DNA of 60,280 nucleotides, the filler included, from Globobulimina sp. (taxonomy: Eukaryota): the NCBI GenBank assembly GCA_003354225.1. It is 11 parts of 11 records of this genome, joined end to end, with 100 filler letters (N's around TTAATTAATTAA, not from the genome) between each part and the next. Parts side by side here need not be neighbours in the genome. Positions count along the whole stretch, not along the records: positions 10,999 to 16,390 come from PIVH01000597.1; positions 16,491 to 21,881 come from PIVH01000598.1; positions 21,982 to 27,372 come from PIVH01000599.1; 8 more parts are not named here. The stretch is one strand, 5' to 3'. This document shows, in pieces, positions 11,012 through 22,563 of the stretch. The position numbers and the translations under genes were made by a program. Below the pieces are notes generated by a model. It was given only the letters and a program-made list of their open reading frames with translations. It did not search any database and was not told the DNA's origin. Every line of letters starts with the position of its first letter. Within the stretch, counting starts at the first letter, position 1.

Positions 11012-12343
11012 GTGAAAAATCCAAATGTAATGAATCGCCTCTTATTTGGTAATGTGATCAAATCTTTGCCAAGGTCGCGATTGGAGGAATGGATAATTTA
11101 TCGTAATGAGCAGCTGTGTGCAAAGGTTGCCTCACATCCGCATTTTGACGTTTTATCGGAGGGAGAACAAACTAACGTTCGTGCAAATTATTTGCGCATA
11201 ATAAACCACTTCGACGTCTATAAAAATTGGATATTATCCATTTTCACCATAGTCGCTGACCATACCACATTTGAATCATTATTCCAATGCATCAATATTC
11301 GATATCATGAAAATCCATCGGATTTATTACGTCGCCTTCAACAATATTTCATCCAAATTACCGCTATCGTGGAGTTATTGAATCGTACGACGTATCGTGA
11401 CACCACCTACAAAGCTGCGGACCTATCACCGCGCGAAAAATTCAAAATATTGTATCGAATATATGTGACAAATAATTGGAGCAAACTGTTTAAAAACTAT
11501 GGCAAACATAATGAGAAGATGCGGCTTAACATATTGAGATATTTGAGGGAGAATGGGAATGATTATAATTCCATTAAAATTGCCATTAAAGAGCAGGATA
11601 CGAAAGTTATTCCTCTTGAAATACGCGATGAAACCATCGAAAAATACCATTGGCATAAATATGAATATGATTATAATGAATCCTCCGTATTCCTCATTGG
11701 TCGCAGCCCGAATATGTCCAAACGAAAACCACGCCGTAAAACCCGCGACAACGATGACGAGAAAGGTCCGGTGAAGAAACGTCAAAAGTTCACCTCCAGA
11801 AAACTATGTCGCGACGGGTCGAATTGTAACTATTTCATTGAAAATGGTGAATGTACATTCTTCCATACACCCGACCAATTACGTACGCTGTATAACAAAC
11901 GAAAACGATATTTATCAAACCAATCAAAAGATTTCAAAACAGATAAATATAAAAATAAATTTAGTGGTCGAAAACGAGAATGTAAGTATGGAACTGGATG
12001 TAGATCATACCAGGATGGAACATGTACATTTTATCATAAATATACTGATATGAAATGTAGTAATTGCGGCAAAACTGGACATCCAAAAGCTAAATGTTCT
12101 GCGAAATCTGACGATAAAAAAGTAAACAAAGAAATCCCGCATTATGACCCAAAAACAGCTATGAATGCATCAAAATCATTGGCGGAGCTCCAAAAATATC
12201 GTAGCAGCAATAAATTATCGGATTCACAGAATGCGAAATTATTTGCAGTCATCGGAGAGATCACCGGGCAACGTACCACCACCGGGCAACGTCCCCGGAA
12301 GAATAAAAAATGGCGAAGGCATAAAGATCGCGGTCCAGGATAA
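11012..12343 (+). CDS. gag: Gag-like protein (probably 5' partial) with two CCCH fingers and one CCHC knuckle
   Basis: CRDGSNCNYFIENGECTFFH, CKYGTGCRSYQDGTCTFYH, CSNCGKTGHPKAKC; directly upstream of pol. Confidence 0.85.
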   Translation: MKNPNVMNRLLFGNVIKSLPRSRLEEWIIYRNEQLCAKVASHPHFDVLSEGEQTNVRANYLRIINHFDVYKNWILSIFTIVADHTTFESLFQCINIRYHENPSDLLRRLQQYFIQITAIVELLNRTTYRDTTYKAADLSPREKFKILYRIYVTNNWSKLFKNYGKHNEKMRLNILRYLRENGNDYNSIKIAIKEQDTKVIPLEIRDETIEKYHWHKYEYDYNESSVFLIGRSPNMSKRKPRRKTRDNDDEKGPVKKRQKFTSRKLCRDGSNCNYFIENGECTFFHTPDQLRTLYNKRKRYLSNQSKDFKTDKYKNKFSGRKRECKYGTGCRSYQDGTCTFYHKYTDMKCSNCGKTGHPKAKCSAKSDDKKVNKEIPHYDPKTAMNASKSLAELQKYRSSNKLSDSQNAKLFAVIGEITGQRTTTGQRPRKNKKWRRHKDRGPG

Positions 12344-15300
12344 TTTATTTGCCCTTAATGATAAAAACATAGCCATTGACAACACCGAATACGTTCGCTT
12401 TGTCAATGATATTTATTCTGATATACCCGATGCCAATCACTCGCTCCTACAACCTCCGAATTATAGTTATCGCTCTGACGATGATGACATTGATATGGAC
12501 ATAGACGAGGATGACGATGTAAAGCCACCCTCCAATGGAAGTATCGATTTGCATACATTCTTAGATAGCGACTTTATTGCATCTGATGATGATGATTTCC
12601 ATATTAATATGATTGATACATTAATCCCTGAACCATACGACCTCACACCTTCGGTGTCGAATATATTTATGACACATCCTGCGTTCAATACAAATAATAA
12701 ATTATATCAAGAGGCCTTGGATTACCATTTTAATCGAAGTCCGATGGATAGGCTCTTGTTGATTGATAATAAGGACATTACGAACGTGGATTTAATACAT
12801 TTACCAATCCGCGAGGTCGAGATCGATGTAATAACGCATGATATTGGCAAAATAGCTGCCTTCGCTGATACTGGGTCCCGGATTCAAGCCATTGGGCCTA
12901 AAATTGCCGCAAAATATGCTCCGCAGATCCAACGTTCTCGGAAAGGGAAGACCCTCCAAACTGGCAACGGTATCATCGTTACGCATAAATATTTGCCATT
13001 AATCATTAAAACAAAGAAGAAAAACATTGAAAATAAATCAAAACATAAAAAGAAGAATAAACTAAAATATTTATATTCAAAATTCTGGGTCGTGGAGGAC
13101 TTACCAAAACAGCATGATTGGTTGATTGGTGATGCCATGATCCACGAACTCGGATACAAATTGAGCCACAAATACGAAATATATGAACATAAGCCCGAAC
13201 CCATTGACTTATTATCCGAGGAACTCGATGATATGGCTTGTATGCGCTATCCAGACGTATTCAATCCACCTACAATCGATTTGGATAAAGTAAAAATATT
13301 GAATAAGGGCTTGGAGTCATATATAAAGAATAAATTGACAGAATACCAAGATGCGATCGCCAAACATGAATGGGACAGTGGCTCCATACCAGGCAGACAA
13401 TTTCCAATTAATTTTATTGCTGCCGATGATCCCCGAAAGGATGGATTTGTGTGTACTGAATATCCAATGCGTGGTAGATTGCGTACGGAGGCCAGGCGAC
13501 AAATCCAAGGTATGGTTGATCATGAAATCATATCTCGTGGTACGTCCAAATATGTCTCGCCCGTATTCATTGTACCTAAAAAGACCGGCGATGTCCGCAT
13601 TGTATTTGACTATCGAATCCTTAATATGATCACCGAGAAGCTATACCATCCCATACCTCGCCAAGATCGCCTACTGCACCGCTTTAAGGATAAGAAATAT
13701 ATCACATCATTGGATATGAAAGGAGGATATTGGCACATACCAATTAAACCAGAACATAGAGAACGTACTGCATTCATTTTCGATGGAAATGTATATCTTT
13801 GGAACGTTATGCCATTTGGGCCTAAAAATGCGCCCATGTACTTCCAACAAACTATGCAGGAAATATTTGATGGTCTTGATTACGTATTGGTGTACATCGA
13901 TGATATTTCGATCGTATCTGAAACCCTCGAGGACCATAAAAAGCATCTCGACGAAGTATTTAAACGAATCCAAGCCCACGGCATCAAACTACGTATTGAT
14001 AAATGTATATGGGGCGCATCGGAGACTGAATATTTAGGGTTTGTTGTGGATAAAATCGGAGTTTATCCGAAAGGCAGTTATAAACAGAAAGTTTTAAACG
14101 TACCACAGCCAACCAATAAAAAAGAGCTCCAGCGGTTTCTTGGCCTCGTACAGTTTCTTGGCAGTTTTATACCGCAATTAGGCGCTCATACCTCCGAACT
14201 GTCCAAATTAATACATAAAGATTGCGATGATTCATTCGTATTCAACCATCGCCAACGTACCATATTCGCCGAATTAAAATCTAAAATCCAAAATATTGAG
14301 TATTTGCAGCATCCAGACCCCGATAAACCATTCCATGTATTCACTGATGCCTCAATGTATGGCGTCGGTGGGATGCTCGCACAAAAAAATGAAAAGGGCC
14401 AATATCACCCAGTCGCTTATTGTTCAAAAACATTTGATCAAACACAACAAAATTGGCATGTGTCGGAACAAGAGATATTTGCGGTGATACATTGTGTGGA
14501 GAAATGGCAATATCTATTGAATTGGAGGAAGTTTGTGGTACATACCGATCACAGTAACCTCGAAAACCTGTTTAATAAAGCCAAGGACTTTCGAGCTGGT
14601 AAACTGTATCGTTGGGCCGTACGACTCCAAGACTTCCATTTTGAATGTCGATTTATTAAAGGCAAAGATAACAAAGCTGCTGATTATCTCAGTCGCGATG
14701 CATTGGACCTGCCCGAAAATCGAAAAATACGCAACTTTTATCGCGCAAAACCAGCGGAATCAAATATTGATGGAATAAACATCATTGCCTCATACCAACA
14801 GTGCCTAATACGGGATGTCCTATGCCTCGAACCTGTTAAACATAATTATTTCTGCCCATTGCAGCCAGATCCAACGCCTGAAAAATATGTAAATCGTCCT
14901 ACGCCCGTTGGGAGCTCCAATAATTGTTTTGTGAGTAATAAAAGTAATGATATCGCCACTCCATTCTATCCAAACCAATCATTTATTGATGACGTATCCA
15001 GTGCGACGTCCGACAGTGACGAGCCACAACGCCATAAAAATAATCCCTTTGTGCCGGATTATGCCCAATCCAGTGAATCGAGCGAGGATTTGCCCAACAA
15101 CGACGCCGACTATTTTCCACCAGGCCATACTGTACCGATTGCCGCCGAATCCACTGACGATATCCCAGTGCGAGCATCGGAACGTATTGCTAACATTAAT
15201 GCAAATCCGTCGGATCGCATCGATCGCACTCCATTGGTACCCACAACCACTGCCTATTATGGCTCCAAATTGCTGAAAACGTCCATCGCTCTCCGTAACC

Positions 15301-16390
15301 AACGCGCTGATGATCGTAAAAAAGAGAAAGAGCGGAATAAGGAGATATTAAATAAAAAAGTATCATACCCGCTGTACAACAAACACATATTTTACCCATT
15401 TTATAGTACGCCAATCCAAGATTATTATACCTCGATAATAAATCCGCAGAATAAGGCAACCCAGAACCTGATCATTGAAAAACAACGCGACGACCCTTTG
15501 GTCCACGCTATAATCCGATATTTACGCGAAAATAATCCGGATTTGATCAATACTTTGCCAAAATATCTGCAGCGCTATGTATTGTCTGGTCGGTATAAAA
15601 TGAATGAGTTTAATGGTATGTTATATTATATGCATAATACCACAAACGAAGAATTGATTGTGGCACCATCTCAATTACGCAAATCCATTATGAAATTCGC
15701 TCATTCCTCACTCCATCCTGGCGCTACCATAATGAATAGGATTATTATCAAGGAAATGGGGTATTGGTGGCCTAAAATGCGACGTGAAATATATTGCTAT
15801 GCCACCACATGCGATACCTGCCAACGCGTCAAACCTGGGTCGCATGGTCGGAGTAAAAAATCGCATAAAATTAAATTATTTCCGGCTACGAAACCATTCG
15901 AACAAATATCTGTCGATATCGTCGGACCATTAATGGTATCAACGTCGCGAAATCGATATATCGTGACCATTATCGATAAATTTAGCCGATATTGTATGAT
16001 GATACCTGTCCACGATATTCGCGCAATAACTGTCATTAAGGCCATTGATAAATGGATCGCTATATTCGGACCGCCCGAAAGCATATTATCAGACAATGGA
16101 AGCCAATTTATTTCATCTATTTATCATAATTATATGTTAAATAACAAAAAAATAACGATAAAATATACCACTACATACCATCCAGAGTGTAATGGACAGA
16201 TTGAACGCTTACATCGATGGTTAAAAGAGAGATTGGCATTGATTGCGCGCGACGGAGGCCTTAATTTTCTCGATGGTACGGATGATTGGTCCGACTATCT
16301 CCCAATCATACAATATACATATAATTCGCAGCCAAATCGGATGACTACGTATGCGCCGATAAATATTATATTCGGCCATGACCCATATAA
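12165..16390 (+). CDS. pol: Pol polyprotein (protease, RT, RNase H, integrase), 3' partial
   Basis: ADTGS; VSPVFIVPKK..RIVFDYRILN; LDMKGGYWHI; MPFGPKNAP; YIDD; FTDAS; ADYLSR; H..LH...CDTCQ; VDIVGP; SDNGSQF; NGQIERLHR. Confidence 0.95.
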
Positions 16391-16490
16391 NNNNNNNNNN
16401 NNNNNNNNNNNNNNNNNNNNNNNNNNNNNNNNNNTTAATTAATTAANNNNNNNNNNNNNNNNNNNNNNNNNNNNNNNNNNNNNNNNNNNN

Positions 16491-17092
16491 TGCTCGTCGT
16501 ATTTCTGGTGCTACGACAGATCCTGCGACTCGCTTTGATGTAAATCCATTTGTGTGGATTATTGGCTGTATCAGTTAAGTTATACAGTATTTTATAAAAC
16601 AATGCAAGAATACATAAGTTCAATTGCAGATATTGCACGCAACACAATTATAGTTGTGTTTTGACGCAGAATCGCATCTGAACTTTATGTTTAACTCTGA
16701 ATACGATTATAAATTATGTTTTGTGTTGTTTGTAATAACGTTTAGTTGGTGGGTTGTTGGTGCTGTTTATGCAAATTTCATCATGTATTACAAGCAAAAA
16801 AATACAAGGATTAGTTATTGTATTTGCATTTTTGTATTGTTTCGTGGTTGAAATTGGTTTACCTGTTTTGGAAATTTATTGCAAATATCCACCGTATCTG
16901 ATTAAATCCCCACGTGATACGCCATATAATGTAACACAGTTAGTATGGGAGATTAATTATATATTCTTCCAACCATTATTTGTTAGGATAATTTCACAAG
17001 CCTTTATTTTTCGTGAAATGTGCCGTTATTATTCATTGATAAAAGAACAAAATTCATTGGCAGAACAGTTGTTTTTCGGAAAATATGCTTGA
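16491..17092 (+). CDS. 3' fragment of an unidentified multi-exon membrane protein
   Basis: Open frame at contig start and hydrophobic ORF 16754-17092; exon structure unresolved. Confidence 0.35.
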
Positions 17093-17797
17093 AAATGCAA
17101 TGACGTTTTTCATTGATTGATTGTATATTTAATTATAAGTACATTTTGTTTTCAAATATATACACAAAAATGCGATACGTTTGTAAATATACGGAAAGAT
17201 ACATACAACCAAATTTGTACATGTTTATAGTCTCAAATGTAAAATCTTAATTGATCCCAAAACGTGATTCTTGCATTACTGTTTACAGGTTGAGAATAAT
17301 CCATAAAATTATATGATTATGAATAGAAATATTTACAGCTACAATATTTACAGTAAGCAATTATGCACCATGCAAAATAACAATATGACTGTTTTCTCCA
17401 ATGATCATAGCAAAAAAAACAAAAAAACAAAAAATATCAATATTTTGATCATACTATATATACTATTTTATTTTATTTTTTATTGCAAAATCGCCTGTTG
17501 TTTTTGAGATTGCTTTTAAACTAAGATAGCATATGCTTATGTTACATAGATGTTTCGTATGTAAACCGCTATCGTAGTTTAAAAATCCAATCTCGGCTAG
17601 AAGTGACTGTAAAAGTGACATGGTCTAACATGTTATGTTAGCTAACTTAATTGGTTTTAGTCAATTTATCTTACATATTGAAGTTTTCTTGAAGTGAGCA
17701 AAAAAAAACCTTCTCTCAGACTCGAAGCCAACACCACCAAAACAAATCATACTCGAAGCTATTAAAGAATCATACTCTTATTACCTGACCTGCCATC

Positions 17798-18947
17798 ATG
17801 AAATTAGTACTGTTTGCTTGCCTTATTGGAATTATGTTCGCTGCAAAGCTCCCCGCTGGACCACATACGAAAGTTGGTTCTTCTTTTGTATATGTTGAAA
17901 TTCTTATGGGTTGGGATGACGCACAAGCATATTGTGCTAATGTCTTTGGTAAGTTGATAATGTTGATTTGTATTTATTTACAAAACAAACTGTGAAAACA
18001 TATACATGTACATATACAAAACAAACAGGTACCTCATTAGCAACGGTTGACAGCAGAAAAGACGTCAAATTGGTGACGCCCGTTTGTGACCCTCCGAAGG
18101 ACCCAAATGATGGTAAGAGTTGTCCATCTGACCAAGATATAACTCGCTTTGGCAACGCATTCAATTGTGGATGTTGGATTGGATTATTTCGAGAAAGTGG
18201 CACCCGATCTGGCGAAAATGGGCCGTGGCAATGGGCCGATGGTGTGACAGAATATGAGTATACCAATTGGGGAACGGGCAGTGTACGAACTGATCCGCAA
18301 CCTGACAACATAGACGGTGTTGAATATTGTGTATCACTTCAGAAAGATTTTGAGGGGCAACCGGATGGATCGTGGAATGATGTTAAGTAAAATACAAATA
18401 TTTCTAGTTTGGATGATATTTGGCAACGATAAAAACACAAACGAACTTGGCAAACGTCCTAAAATATCATCCAAATTGTCAAAATTTATATATATATTTA
18501 TATTTATATAGAGGCCTTGTGATGGAGTATCCGGTGACCATATGAGTCAATATTTTTTTTGTAATGCAGAAGTTCCAGTTACTACTACCACCACAATTGC
18601 ACCAATCGCACCAATTGATTCTTCAGATTCTTCAGGTGCTGGTTCTGCTTCTTCTGATGATTTTGAGTTAAGTTTTTTTAAAGTTTAATTTTTTTGAGCA
18701 TTGTTTTTCATTTGTTTCCAGGTTGGTGTTTGCCGGTGAATCTGTGGCAGATAATCAAGATGGAGCATTAAATGACAATCCCAATGAAGCTGTGATCTCA
18801 ATCAGTTTCGATGAAGCAACAAAGATACAATTTGTAGTGTTTTTTGTTGTAATGCTGATATTTACAAATGTGTTATTCTGGTGTTATAAATACAAATCTG
18901 CGAAAGGTACGGAAGTTGATCCAGTATCGTTTACTCATAAGGTTTAA
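17798..18947 (+). CDS. Type I membrane C-type lectin (signal peptide, CTLD, Thr/Ser stalk, TM), 4 exons
   Basis: WDDAQAYC..FG|TSLATV, CWIGL, WQWADG, YTNWG, QPDN...EYCV, WND|RPC, FFCN. Introns 17949-18028, 18382-18511 and 18667-18721 keep the frame. Confidence 0.9.
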
Positions 18948-19144
18948 ATAATTTAATATGTTTAAATAATTACGTTTAAATTAGTAATTTTTTCATTATA
19001 CTTTTTTTTTTATAAATTTATTAATTTTTATTTATGTTTATTCTTAATTAACTTTTTTTCATTGTGGTTCTGATTGCATATGTTTTTAATTTATGTGACT
19101 GATTTATTTTTTTCCCTCTCTCAGCCTTGAGATTTGTGTTAATT

Positions 19145-19396
19145 CGAATCCGATCCGGATCCGATATGTGATCTGAAATTAAAGTCTAGCAACAACACTT
19201 TATTAATATTCAGCAACAACAATATCTGAATACCAATATGCAATTAAACAGATACACCGCACATTTTCCAATATCATACTTTCATTCCATACTTTTCCAA
19301 CAAGAAAAACACATATTCTCTGGGTGTTGTTGCTGGATATCAATAACTTAGATTCGAACATATTTAATTCAGATTACATATCGTTTTCAGGATTCG
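19145..19396. repeat. Imperfect nested inverted repeat (fold-back, old MITE or hairpin RNA)
   Basis: Arm pairs 19145-19151/19390-19396, 19162-19183/19363-19383, 19185-19198/19324-19337, plus an alternative arm 19201-19220/19326-19345. Confidence 0.7.
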
Positions 19397-19694
19397 GACA
19401 CTTGTCATATTATATATTAATCCAGACTCAAATTACAGTGAAGTTTTTCTTCAAAACACTTACTTTGGAAAGCGTTTGGAGCACTGACTTGTTAAAAAAT
19501 TCCAGGTTTTTCTAAATATCAAGTGTCATCATCTGGAAATTTCAAGAACAAAAAATTTCAATTATGACAGAATGAGAAAATTGATGATCGAACGCGAAAT
19601 GATGATTATACAATACCAATATCTGTAAAACGACGCTTTAATTTTTGACAATTTTTTATTTAGAATTATAAACTGTGTATAACTGAATATACTA

Positions 19695-21881
19695 TTATTG
19701 GGAAATTGGTATGGCGTTAATGACAAATGTCTTTATGTCTCTCGGTGATAAATTAATAATCGAGCTCTGATCCTTTTCTTTTTGCCTCGTTTTTCGTTTC
19801 TCCTCGCTATATTTATCCCTTATTCTACGAATATCCCCATCAAAATCTTTAACATTCCATGCTAATCTATGCATATTGGTTAATGGCACAGTGGCAAACA
19901 AATTCATTTCTGTTTGGTTCCAAACCCTCAATATCGAGGCATCCAATATATTCGCTAAATCAATAGTAACATTTGTGGCTAAATTAGATTCGCCATTTTC
20001 AAACATATTTTGAATTTGCAACACAATGTCAGAATTATTGCCATTTCCACTGTAAACATATCTTAATTGTTGCAAAAATATTTGAGGCGGTAATCCTGAG
20101 TCAATTAATGAAGGATTTATTGCAGACCATGATGTATTATAATTGTCAGTCCATGATTTGATGGAATCAGTTAAACCAAAAAAGAATGAATGTTGAAATT
20201 GTTGAATTTGATAATATCTTCGATTAAAATAAGCAGTATTTTCATAATTATCCATTATTATCATAATTTGTGGCTCGCTATGAGAGCTTGTATTTAATAC
20301 TTCATTTATTGCCGGCTGGTTTGCAGTACATCTTCTTTGTAACATTATTTCATACTGACCATTAATTATATTATTACCGCCACCAAACCCAACACCATGT
20401 GCCTGATTAACAATGGTTGAGAACCTAACACCTGATGGATCCTGCAAATATGTAGCACCTGCGGATGGATAATAATTACCAGAAATACGTTCATCAGTAT
20501 ATGCGTCATATTCTCTTTTAATATATTCCAACCCTGCTTGATTTGTATAAAATGAATTCTCAGAATTAAATTCTGTGCTAAACCTGTGCAGTGTGCAAAT
20601 ACGTGCGCTCAGATGCAGTATGGTTTAAAATGTATACCATACTATACCTGGTTACTAATTCCGCTGCTTGGTCAATTGGACCAATATGAATTCGATTATC
20701 AATAAATTTTAAATCATCATCGTCCACATTAAACACTCTGAACGTTTGAGAATAACCATCTCGGGATGTTTGTTGAATTTCATCCATCAAAGGTCCAGAA
20801 ACCAACACATTTTGAATACTTTTGTCATCACTCACTGCTGATTCCAGTGTTTTTCGTTCGAACGCAATATACGAGATTTGTAATTCAACCACTTCATTTT
20901 GTTTAGAATACGGAAAGACATTCAACATAAAATGCTTCCAATCACTTAAAAATGTTGTCGTTGCAAAATATCCAACATCGGTGTTTGCATTTATATTTGG
21001 TGATATTTGGTATACCCCCATTATAATTACAGGTTCGTGCACAACAAAATCATTGTATGGATCATCAACATTAAGTTTATCATATGCAGCATATGAGATG
21101 TTATATTGTTGAGTGCCCGAAGAATCCGCTGGGATTGTAATAATAACCTCGCCTTGAATTATTGTTGGAGAATATTGGAAATTATTAGGATTATAAGCAA
21201 TGTAATCAATATAAATATCACCAGTCCAAGTTTCATTTTTATCAACCCGTTGAATCCAAACTGTTGCGCCTGATGTTGTGTGCTGTGCAATAGTTACTGC
21301 ATAATGCGATCCATCGCAGTTATTTGTTGATCGTACCGATACCAAAACAACTGGTGCTGCAATAAATGCTGCACCATCAAATCTTACAAGTACCTGTTTG
21401 TATGATACAGATTGCGGAGCGGTTACTTTCACAGATCCAGTTTTCTGACCACTAACGAAAGCACCATACGATGGGTTATTATTATCAAACACAAAATAAT
21501 CCAAAACTGGCTGTTCATTGAAACTAAACAAGTCTGCTCTGAATAACTGAACATTAAAGGATGAATTCGTGATATTTAAATCACAAATAGTTGTCGTATA
21601 TGCATTCATATAATTATTATCCGCAGCATTGCTTGAATGAGCTTGCACTAAAATACCTGGATTCGCATTTGGTGCCAATGGTTGTCTGAAAGCATTGGAC
21701 CAGTAAAACATTGGATTATTACTCTTTCTTTCTAGCAATATTCTATTATCCGTAGCTGGTCTGAATATATATTGTTGTGATCCTCCCCATCCATCAGATA
21801 CATTGCCACCACTCGGCACATATTGCCTGAACTGATTATCGATGTTAAATTGTTGACCGAGTCCATTGTTTGTAATTGATG
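19695..21881 (-). CDS. GH38 (lysosomal-type) alpha-mannosidase, C-terminal part with inserted H-type-lectin-like repeats; 5' partial
   Basis: QYIFRP, VSGPLMDEIQQ, IGPID...ELVTR|FST, FYTNQAGLEYIKR, ISGNYYP, GQYEIMLQRR, LSPRDIKTFV. Intron 20584-20647. Confidence 0.88.
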
Positions 21882-22056
21882 NNNNNNNNNNNNNNNNNNN
21901 NNNNNNNNNNNNNNNNNNNNNNNNNTTAATTAATTAANNNNNNNNNNNNNNNNNNNNNNNNNNNNNNNNNNNNNNNNNNNNGAGTAGCATCCCAGACTGT
22001 GGACATGAACCAAAGCATGGCAGCATGAAGTGTTATGTAACATGGTGACGTTACAC

Positions 22057-22152
22057 TTGTCACGTGACAATATTCCTATTTCTGTCACGTAGCATTATTC
22101 CTATTTTTGTCACGTAACACTATTTCTAATTTTGTCACGTAACATTATTCCT
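22057..22152. repeat. 25-bp minisatellite, about 4 copies, with TGTCACGT core
   Basis: TGTCACGT at 22058, 22083, 22108 and 22133; unit approx. TGTCACGTAACATTATTCCTATTTT. Confidence 0.9.
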
Positions 22153-22255
22153 TTGTGTACATTGTAATGGTTATACTTCACTTCAAAGGTTTTCACAGAA
22201 AAAAAATCTAATCATTCTAATCTAAACATTGTTTAATAAACTATAAATAACTTTT

Positions 22256-22436
22256 TTGGCTTAGTTTCGTTTCGTTTCGTTTCGTTTCAACGATTAGCAA
22301 AGTTGAGGTAGTATTCGATGTTGACATAGTATTCATTACCTAGTAATCCTAGTATTCGAAGTTGAAAACCATTCAAAACCACTCTAGCTAACCCAAAAAC
22401 TTTGCTAATCGTTGAAATGAAACGAAACTTAGCCAA
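22256..22436. mobile_element. MITE-like element, ~180 bp, with 39-49 bp terminal inverted repeats
   Basis: Left arm TTGGCTTAG(TTTCG)4TTTCAACGATTAGCAAAGTT vs right arm 22398-22436. Perfect 20-bp core 22285-22304/22398-22417. Confidence 0.75.
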
Positions 22437-22563
22437 TAAAATTTGTGGCCCAAAGAAAATAATGAGATTCAGATTCTAAAAAGAAAAGTTTTAAAGTGTG
22501 GTGAGAAGAACAATGAATACATTATTAACATACAAAATGAATCATATTTTAATTTAATTTAAT

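Larger units (their letters stand above)
10999..16390 (+). mobile_element. Ty3/gypsy LTR retrotransposon internal region (LTRs not on contig)
   Basis: gag followed by pol with PR-RT-RNase H-integrase order; fills the whole contig. Confidence 0.95.

Noticed and set aside
7059-16390. Apparent cluster or composite of the YR element and the gypsy element
   Set aside because: They are on different contigs joined by a spacer, so adjacency carries no information.
22057-22152. Possible CRISPR array
   Set aside because: Contiguous 25-bp units with no unique spacers, no cas genes, eukaryotic context.
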